From Callorhinchus milii (taxonomy: Eukaryota), in the NCBI RefSeq assembly GCF_018977255.1, contig NW_024704742.1, positions 40,302,001-40,366,000 on the forward strand: 64,000 nt of DNA, read 5' to 3'. The first letter of the stretch is position 1, and each line of letters starts with the position of its first letter. A program made the translations under genes and the position numbers. This document shows positions 52,690 to 61,539 of the stretch, piece by piece. A model generated the notes under the pieces. That model was not told where the DNA came from and made no database searches. It saw only the letters and a program-made list of their open reading frames with translations.

Positions 52690-53872
52690 GGCATTAAACT
52701 TAAACTACCTGTTAAATAAAACGATTGCAACTTTAAAATAGTAAACCCTATTACCCTAAACTGCACGAAAAACCAATTCCTGACCTAGATGACTACTAAG
52801 TATCAGGCAGGCACGTACTTTTGATGTCATCAGGTAAACAGACCTCGAGCCCCATGTGCTCGCTCCTTCTGGAACGTATCCAGCGATACTTTTCCTGCCG
52901 AAATGCCCTCACACTGCAGTAGCCCCCCCACCCCGGGTCTAAGAAACATTCTAGCCTGCCAAATTGTGTCTTATTGTAGCTAACGCCAGACTTAGTGACA
53001 CCAAATTTCTTAAATAATATCTTCCTATTTAAAGGAACCGGGCTTACACGTCTACTGTGTATGCACGAGTTTCTTCCAAGCTACTGCTATGTTTTCAGGA
53101 CTTTCACGAACGCAGGCATTGTTAGAAAAAAAATCAGCCATCATCCGTATGCAACTGGATATTAGACCTTTCCTTTATTATTATTCGTTATTCCCCAGTT
53201 TCCCAATGGGTCAGACCAAAGGCCGGTACAATCAACAGATCTTATAACAGAATAATACCACCGTAGATATCTCGAGTTCAACACGGTGTCTTTACAGCAC
53301 ACAAGCTTGATTCTTCATGCTTCAGTCTTCTTGCTTACAGCTTTCAATCCTCCATCTGATATCCTCAGTCTTAGTGTTTCTAGCTCTCAGTCTTCCATCT
53401 CTGTATCCTTGTCTCCGCGACCCGGGACGGCCCCATACACAAAGTTATCGGAACTCTTATACCAATGTTCATCCAATCATGGTGCGGACATTAGATCACC
53501 CGGTCGAAATCATACTGGGTTCACGTGAACATCTCAAGGGGTGTACGTGCTTCACACACACAAACACACTGTCCTTGAGACAGTCCGTTATCTCGTGTAC
53601 ATGCAGGGCAGTAGTACACATCTTGTCCTTGAGACACTCACGTGATCTTGGGTGTAAACTCATGAGTTTCAGTCCAGTTGTCCCCCCACACTTAACTTAA
53701 AAGTTAACCCGTTCGCAACATCTATTATGATTCTAACATTATACAAAAAGTGTAAATTCTAACAGCATCAAGTTATCAACAGCACACAGACTGGTTGATG
53801 CTCTCAAAGCATACAAAACAAAATATCACTTTTAACAGGAGTTGAAGATATAAAACAGGGCTGACCTTAACA
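52690..53872 (-). mobile_element. 3' LTR of the foamy-like ERV (U5 end lost), containing a nested solo LTR
   Basis: Starts TGTTAAGG on the minus strand directly after the PPT; collinear with 59040-59654. Confidence 0.85.
53120..53764. mobile_element. Solo LTR of an unrelated LTR element
   Basis: TGTTAGAA...TTCTAACA perfect 8-bp inverted ends and a 4-bp TSD GCAT (53116-53119 / 53765-53768). The empty site gcaggcatcaag is present in the sister LTR near 59545. Confidence 0.88.
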
Positions 53873-53884
53873 TTTCCCCCTCTT
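53873..53884 (-). promoter_or_regulatory. Polypurine tract (PPT)
   Basis: AAGAGGGGGAAA immediately 5' of the LTR's TG on the minus strand. Confidence 0.85.
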
Positions 53885-54479
53885 GATAATTAATTTGCTT
53901 CACAGCAACATGTTTTTTTATCAATCCTAGAGGAGGAAGTTTTGATAAATTCTCCTCTTTCTCTCCGGCTATCCTCCTTCACTAGGGATCTGGCTATTCT
54001 TTTTGGCAGTTGACTTGTTCGCTGTCAGGTTCGCCAGAAAGCAAATATCTTAAGACAGTAATGTGTTCTTAAAGTCTCATCACATCTTAACTATATTTTA
54101 AGAATTATATAATGAGAAGTTCAACATTACAATTCATATATTAAAAGAAATGTTAACATTTTTGATAATTCCCACTTTGTAACTGCTTCCCTGAAGTTGG
54201 GTCCAACATTTACAAGAATCTCTCTCCAGTTGGCACTAACCAGGGCTTCCGATGGGAAAAGTCTTCAAGGCACATCGTGTTGCATCTTTTCTCTCTCTCT
54301 CCATCACAAGGCGATTTAGGCTTGCTCTGCCCATCTGTGGACTGTTTTCAGGCATTCTTATCCACTTGACTTCTGTTTGATGGGAAGCCAAGGAGTTGGT
54401 CAAGGATGGGGATGATAGGGTCGTGGAGCTTAGTGCGGGAGAAGACACGGGCTGCAGAATTCTGGATGATCTGCCAGGT

Positions 54480-54810
54480 GATATTTTTGCCTCTCAAAAT
54501 CTGTATTTTGGGGGATGTATTACTTTCACAAACTCACTAGGTTTGTGAAATCTATATCTCAAAATCCCAGCTTTATAGTGACTTTTCCATACATCAAAAT
54601 CCCCCTTGTGATACTCACACTCATTATTTGTCTGATGTCCTACATTATAGTCATTCATCATACAATCCAGAGATGCTTGGAAATCCTCCAGTTGTGACGT
54701 ACTTATGCTAGCTGGTGTCTGTGTGATAGGAGTGATCAGATGTTTTCCGTGATACAAGTAGAATGAGGTTAGACCTAGTCTGTCGCTGAGGAGTCAATTG
54801 CTTAATCCCA
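54480..54810 (-). mobile_element. pol: Foamy-like ERV integrase C-terminus (second copy)
   Basis: ORF 54494-54757 (ITPITQTPASIST.QL..FQ.SL...LRYRFHKPSEFVKVIHP) is homologous to 46800-47130. Confidence 0.85.
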
Positions 54811-54814
54811 TCAA

Positions 54815-56165
54815 CAGCAACAACAAAATTACATTTGTATAGCGCCTTTCACGTCAGGAGAACGTCCCAAGGCATTGAACAGACAGAGTTACGGACCTGA
54901 GCTCGGGGTCGGGGAGGGTGGAGGGCAGGGGGGAAAGCAGGATCGATAGCACGGTCGAAGAGGAGGGTCTTGAGATGGGTCTTGTAGGTGGCAAAGGAGG
55001 GAGCGAGACGGAGGGATTGTGGGATGGAGTTCCAGAGGGTAGGGCAGAATGGCAGAAGGCACAATAGTGAGGTGAGTGAGGTGGGGAACGTGAAGCAGAC
55101 CGGCATTGAGGAGGGATTCGGAGCAGAGGGAGAAGGAAGATAGGAGGATGGAGATGTCGGGGATGAAGGTGTGGCAGGGCTTGGGGGTGGTAGATAACGA
55201 GAATTTTGAGCGAAAGGTTGGAGGGGTGATAGAGGGTAAGGTGATCAAAGGAGGGGTAAGTTCCAGAGGAGTAAGGGGATAGGCTGAGCGGGGACCAGGA
55301 GATGAGAGCCACACCGCCACCACGGCGGTTAGGTCGTGGGATGAGGTGGAAGGTGTAGCCAGGTGGTGTGGCCTCTATCAGGGGGAAGGTGCCGCCTGGA
55401 GTGACCCCTGTTTTGGTGAGGGCGTGAATGTCGATGTTTTCATCGATGATGAGGTCTTGGATGGTGAGTGTTTTGTTGAAGAGGGAACAGACGTTTTGCA
55501 GGCTGATGCGGAGGGGACAGTTGGTGGTGGAATGTGTGGGGCGAGGAGGGGAAGGGAGAGGACTGACAGGGAGGGTGGGGATGTGGATGGGGGAGGAGAG
55601 GTTGGCCCTTGGAGTCACGAAGCAATGGGTCTTGCGGCGAGAATGGGTGATAGGGCGTCAGAGTAGCTGCTGTTGGACAACCAGCGGCAACTCCCACCAG
55701 TGGACCTGATGGAGGATTCACAGGCTGGAGCAGAGGGAGGCAGTGGGACGGTCGAGCAGGGATAGGAGTCAGGGAGGGCGGTGGGAGAGGAGGACCGAGT
55801 GGGAGTAAATGAGGGTAGAGGACAGGGATGGGGGCATTATGGAGAAGCAGCTCAGGTCGGTGGCAGCAGCCAAAATGCGCCCTCCAAGACTAAGAGAGTG
55901 AACGGGGTGGGTGGGGGGGTCAGCGAGGTATGGTTAGCCCACTGGCAAGCGTCATCACAGGGAGAGGGGACAATGTTATAGTCCCAGTGAGTCCAGGCTG
56001 AGAGATTCAAAGGTGGCGGGCGGGTGCGACGTCATGCGGCAGCTGGTCTCTGGTTGGTTGTTGACCAGGAGAGTCAGCGATGACCGCCATGGCTGCGGCG
56101 GTGACTCCCACTCTGGCTCCCCGCGGCTTGGGTAGGGGGTCTGGGTCCCCGTGTTGGATCAGGAC
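54815..56165 (-). mobile_element. L2 LINE with a large internal deletion (5' region and endonuclease start fused to the 3' end)
   Basis: ORF 54854-55618 (ISLQNVCSLFNK, GGGVA) jumps to LWNSIPQSLR..KTLLFD; tail at about 54815. Confidence 0.9.
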
Positions 56166-56179
56166 GCCGTTCGATCTAG

Positions 56180-57410
56180 AATTGACCCAACGGATTCCCC
56201 CTTCCCCTTATGATGGAAATTAATTCCAAGATATTTAAATTGATTTATTGCCGATAGTGAAGTCAGCAGTAAGTTCTGTACCAGTAATTTTTTCGGTAGC
56301 ATCAACAAGATAGCGTTCGTCCCGTTACTGTTTGTGACTTGGTAGGGTTTAATGTTAAATCTATATGTTCCAAGTTTTTTGAAATATGATTTAGCAGGGT
56401 CTTCGGTAGACCTCTCGCTTCCATGGCTCGAAATATCGTGCCATGGTTTACGGAGTCAAATGACTTTTGTGCATCCAGAGAGGCAATATGCAGAGACAAT
56501 AGCTTTGAAGTACGATGTCTTAATGTCCCGTCACCCGAGCAAAATGCTCTTTGAGCATAGTTGAATTGGATGAGTTCTGAACATCGTTTTGCCAAAATGT
56601 TATGGAACACTCTTATGATTATTGAGGAGATAGTAATGGGTCTGAATTGAGCAGGTTCAGTCTGGGAAGAAAGCTTTAGGATTAGGGTAGTACAATTTAA
56701 CCTGAAGGGCAACGGTAAATATGAGTAAATTAACCAGAGATTGAACATTTTACTCAAGTATCGGCAAGGCAGATTTTGAAGGTCTGGACGGTGATTCCAT
56801 CCGGATCGTGTGCGGAAACAGATACAGCTCTTGGACAGGTCCGGATCTCCTCCCAGACATCTGGGCATGGGATACCGGCCTGTCATCAGGGTTGCTCAGT
56901 TTTTCAAACAAATCAGCCCAATATTGCTGCGTATTTGTTGGTAGAGCCGAAGACAGGTACCATCCAGGCACATGTGCACATTTATATTGGTTCTTGTTAT
57001 ATTGGGGCATATATTGAGTCAAAAGACAATTTTAGTGGTCTGCCATACTAGATTTTAATTTGCTTAACACCACCTCCATGGCAGTCATATTCTCATTTGT
57101 ACATTGGTGCTGCTTGCACTCCGCAGATTTCACACCGACCTTAAGGCTGTACGTGCACCTTCACGGTTTGATGGTCTGTCTCGTGCAATAAATCGCACTC
57201 AAATATAACATCCACCGAGAATTCTTTGGAGTTTACCGCCACATTCATTTTTATCACGGCAAATTGCTCCACATCGTAAGTGCTGATTGTTTTTTCGAAC
57301 ATGCTGCTCAATTCCCCTCCCAATCCCTGAATAAGCACCTGTTGTTTATTATTCGCTAATGGCTCCTCTTATGGAGGAGGGGAACAAAACCCCCTTTGTA
57401 ACTGCGCCCT
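56180..57410 (-). mobile_element. R2-clade non-LTR retrotransposon remnant
   Basis: YWADLFEKLSNPDDRP, PDGIT, MFNLWL, FRPITISSIIIRVFHNILAKR, QRAF..GDG, ASLDAQKSFDSVNH, GLP, LTLNPTKS, FKYLGINF. Confidence 0.8.
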
Positions 57411-58660
57411 ACAAAGGGGAAAACACTAACTTGACATTGGTTAAAGTAGAAATGCTGTGAGGCTGAGCTGAGGCATTGTTCAGAAACAGCAGCATGTACC
57501 TGCCCTGTGCCCACATCTTTCTATTGAAGGTCTGAAGCCACTCGGTAAAAATGGCACTGGTCATACATGCCTTTTTATTACTGTACCATGTCAGGGGAAG
57601 CTGAGTCTCGATGTTCAAATTCCTAAAGGCAAGGGGCTTGGCAGCCTTCCCAATCACAACTGTCCTGTCAAAATCACTCTCCATATTGACTGTCAAAGAC
57701 ATGGTGATGTGGTCTTTAGATTTCTTCCCACCAGTGTAGCCATCACCATGAACTGAAAGGCTCCTGTCAGGGAGAGCCCTAAAAGCAACACCAGATTCAT
57801 CCATGTTAAATATGTCCTTGGGTGCATAGCCAGCTGTAATCTCAGGGTGTTTCTCCTTTTAATTGTTGACAATAGCAAGCTTAACATCACCCTTTTCTCC
57901 AAACACAGTTTCAGGCCTAATGTTGTGCCTGGGCTTGAAACGGCCAAGCCAGCCATTTGAGGCCTTAAAACCAGTCTGGCCAAGTGATACTGCAAAGCTG
58001 AATGCTTTCTCCTGTATCATAGGACCAGAAACAGGATTGTTGAGACCATGGGAACTATGGAACCACTCTCATGTCAGTTTATCAATGTCCTCATACTGAA
58101 AGTTCAAACACACACGTTTGCTATCAGGCTGTTGACTTTCTTCAAAAGCTGTTATATATTCAGCCTTCATTTTGAGAATGCATTCAACTTGTGTTCTGCC
58201 AATGCCATAGATCACAGCGAACTGTATAACTTTTTGATTAAGTCCACTCTCACGTAATGACAGCTCCTTCAGTGGTGGCATGCTTATGGCATTTACCAAG
58301 AGTTGGCTGCAGGAGTACCAGATAAAGTCGATTTCCCGCTAGCGCCGCTTCTGCAATCCCAACACTCTTTGTGTCGCGCATGCGTAACCAGAGCCCAATC
58401 GGCCCACAAAGGAAAGAGCATGAGAAGCCCTAGTGCGCTGTGTACAGGTTAGTAGCGGAGAGAGGTGTTTGAACTGTGTTTGAAGTGGAGGAGGGCATTG
58501 TAGCTGCTGTGATCAATGACCATTGTCCTGAATAGTGAGATGCCCGGTTTACTGAAGCTGACAGACCTTTTAACATTGACCATGAAAGAGACTGAAAATA
58601 TGCCCGCAATTGTGAGGTGGCTGGATTATCGAGGTGACCGCAAACCGGGTTACTGCTGTG
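57409..58660 (-). mobile_element. Tigger/pogo DNA transposon (5' terminus, CENP-B HTH, DDE N-terminal half), 3'-truncated
   Basis: FKASNGWLGRFK.RHNI, NMDESG.AFRALPDRSL, GGKKSKDHIT, VIGKAAKP, NKKACMT, LLFLNNAS. Putative 5' TIR TA|CACAGCAGTAACCCGG near 58660. Confidence 0.88.
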
Positions 58661-58700
58661 TATCAAACCTTGGTCCGTTGGCCTGCTTTAATGATCTCAA

Positions 58701-58718
58701 GTCCCACATTGGGCGCCA
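58701..58718 (-). promoter_or_regulatory. Primer-binding site, tRNA-Lys1,2
   Basis: TGGCGCCCAATGTGGGAC matches the Lys1,2 PBS TGGCGCCCAACGTGGGGC at 16/18, 2 nt after the LTR end ...TGTCGCA. Confidence 0.9.
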
Positions 58719-58720
58719 AG

Positions 58721-59654
58721 TGCGACAGTTCTGACCCCTTTTGTATACCCTCGATATGTATATCGTCCACCCTCGCAGAGTGTATGAGATGGCCTCTGTG
58801 TTCGATCACTCGCTATGAGTGCAAGTTCCTTAATTTAAGTTGTACTTCACTAGTGAGAGTTACCACAATGACAGATACTGCCAAAACTCAACGCAATCGT
58901 ACTGCTGTTCCATGAAACACACAACCCTAGATATTAATAACAATACTTTCCCAACAAATTGGATAAAAACGACTCCAGAAAATAACAAACACTAAACACA
59001 CTTAACTAAAAACAAGCTAGCAGCTACGCAACAAAAAACAATTCCTGTCCTAGAGGGCTACTCCTCAGTATCAGTCATGCATGTACCTTTGATGTCATCA
59101 GTGAACTCGAGCCCCATATACTTTGCTCCTTTCATGGGCTGAAGCCGTGTCCCTTCTGGAAAGTATCCAGCGATACTTTACCACTGAAACGCCTTCCCAC
59201 TGCAGTAGCCTCGCCCCCCGGGTCTAAACATCCTTCTTCTGGCCCGACAAATTGTGTCTTATTGTGAAAAGCTTCCTTTTCAACCACGCTTACGGTCACC
59301 TGCCCCCCATCTCCGGCTAGGAGTCAGGCTCTTCCGCTGTTAAGCGCTCTGAGACGCTACCCTGTATGGAGGGAGCGAGTCGTTGTTGTAGCTAACGCCA
59401 GACATAGTGGGCCCAGGGGTTTTAGTTCCTTAAATAAAATAATATCTTTCAATATCAAGGTATTTAAAGGAACCACCCTGAAATATCTGCGCGTGCGCAT
59501 TTCTTTCCGAAGCATCGGCAGGTTTTCTGAATTTTCCCAAATGCAGGCATCAAGCTACTAACTGCACACAGACTGGTTGATGCTGTCAAAGCATACACAA
59601 ACAAATAACACTTTTTATAGTAGATGAAGATATAAAACAGGGGTAACCGAAACA
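58721..59654 (-). mobile_element. 5' LTR of the foamy-like ERV (with an L2 tail insert at about 59265-59389)
   Basis: TGTTTCGG...TGTCGCA termini, followed by the PBS; homologous to 52690-53872, 47626-48213 and 60706-60860. Confidence 0.88.
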
Positions 59655-59784
59655 GATCCTTAAAAGTTATTCTTCTTGGGATCTAAGTGTCAATGGATCC
59701 TGGTAAGAAAGAGAGTGAAGGGATGAAGCAGCCTTTAATATAAAAGAATGCCTACACATACACAAATCCTTTCCTTTCTAGAAT

Positions 59785-60705
59785 CAACAACAGATTATAT
59801 TTATATAGCACATTTGACGTCAGGAGGACATCCCAAGACTCTGGACAATGAGGAGTTTGCAACTGAGCTTAGGGTTGAGATCAGAGAGGGGTGGATGGCA
59901 AGGGGGATGGAGGTCAATAAAGGTCTTCAGATGGGCCTTTAAGAAGGCAAGTGGGGGATGAGGCAGAGGGGCTCTGGTATGGAGTTCCAGAGGGTGGGGC
60001 GGAAAGGTTGAAGGCTCAACCTACGATAGTGCAGCAGGCAGAGCAAGGGCCATGGAGTAGACCGGTGCCGACAGAGCAGAACCAGCTGCCATGTTGGTGA
60101 AATTTTAATGGGTCACAGAGGTAGTGAGCAAGAACGTGGAGGGCTTTAAAGGTGAAGACAAGGAACTTGAACTCAATCCTTTGGGGGATGGGGAGCCAGT
60201 AAAGCCGGGCAAGGTTGGGGATGATCAGCTCTCGAAGCTTAGTGCAGGAGAGGACACAAGTTGTAGAGTTCTGAATAATCTGCAGTTTGTGGAGGGAAGA
60301 GTTGGGAAGTCCAGCGAGCAGGGAGTTAGTGTAGTCAAGCTTGGATGTTATGAATACATGGATGATGGACAGATAGTGGCAGAGGCAGGCTACGTTGCGG
60401 AGATGATGGAAGGCAGAATGGGTAATGGCACAGATGTGAGGTTTAAAAGACACAGTTGAGGGTCGAGCAAGACACAAAGGTTCCCTACTGGCTCATTGAG
60501 ATGGAGAGAGCATCCATGAATAGTGATGTTGTCAGCGCCTGAGGTGAGGAAGTGCTGACAGGAGCCAAGCAGAAGCGCCTCTGGCTTGTCGACATTCAAC
60601 TAAGAAATTGGCTCTTATCCAGGAGTTGTATGTCTGATGGACAATCAGTCAGGACAGCAGTGGTCCTGGAGTCGAGGGTGGAAGCAGAGAGATAGAGTTG
60701 GGTAT
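59785..60705 (-). mobile_element. L2 LINE 3' fragment
   Basis: ORFs 60016-60477 (SKLDYTNSLL, YWLPI..RIEFK) and 60390-60599. Confidence 0.88.
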
Positions 60706-60860
60706 TGCGACAGTTCTCACCTCTTTGTGTAACCCGGGAAGTTTAGTAACGCAAAGTGTACCAGGTGGCCTCTGTTTTCAGTTCATCTCTGCAAATGCAA
60801 ATCCCGACTCTTGTGGAATTTCACTATTTAGAGCAACACAATGACAGATATTCTCAATTG
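60706..60860 (-). mobile_element. U5 fragment of the foamy-like LTR
   Basis: tgcgacagttctcacctctttgtgtaaccc...ggtggcctctg...caacacaatgacagata matches 58721-58880. Confidence 0.75.
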
Positions 60861-60882
60861 ACTTTGCTCATGCAATTGACAT

Positions 60883-61247
60883 AATAATAATAATTCTTGC
60901 ATTTGATATAGGGCCTTCGTCTTCAACGATTATCACGTCTTCGAGATGTCTCAAAGTACTTCACAGAATATACTGTAAAGTGAATTGACTGTATATTTTG
61001 TGGGCGAAATGCGGCAGCCAATTGTGCACAGCAGTGTTCCACAGACAGTCGTGGATTGAGTGACCAAACTTTTTGTTTTTGAAGTAATTATTATCCCCGG
61101 AAAAGCGATCCGCCAATCGACTAACAATCAAGTTCCAATTTACTGCTAGGTAAACTGAACGTGTGGAGTAAGGAAACTTGTCCAATGTTTCGCCCTGCTG
61201 AGAATCAAACCCAGGTCTCTCGCTTATGAGGCGAGCTACAGGATTCC
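60883..61247 (-). mobile_element. tRNA-Ala SINE
   Basis: Reverse complement of the 6461-type SINE. Confidence 0.88.
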
Positions 61248-61539
61248 ACATAATAAGGAACAGCTGATTAAATAGAGGGATCGATTTAGAAAATTGGCCT
61301 GACAAATAGCAACTGTCATTAATGTGGAAAATGCAGTGCGAAGAGATAAACCATGGGAATATATGTCTTAGTCTATAGACCACTGGAGAAGGTTTGGGAA
61401 TACTAGTTGATGGATCACTGAAATGGTATGATGGCAATCAAGAAAATGACCACATTCCCTCCCACCCACCCCTCTACACCCACCCCCAGCTCAGTACAAA
61501 TCTTAGAAGAGATGCTTTCGGCAGTGCCTTATCGCACTA

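Noticed and set aside
57409..58300. Domesticated TIGD-type host gene
   Set aside because: It is frameshifted, 3'-truncated, has a TIR-like 5' end and lies inside a provirus shell.
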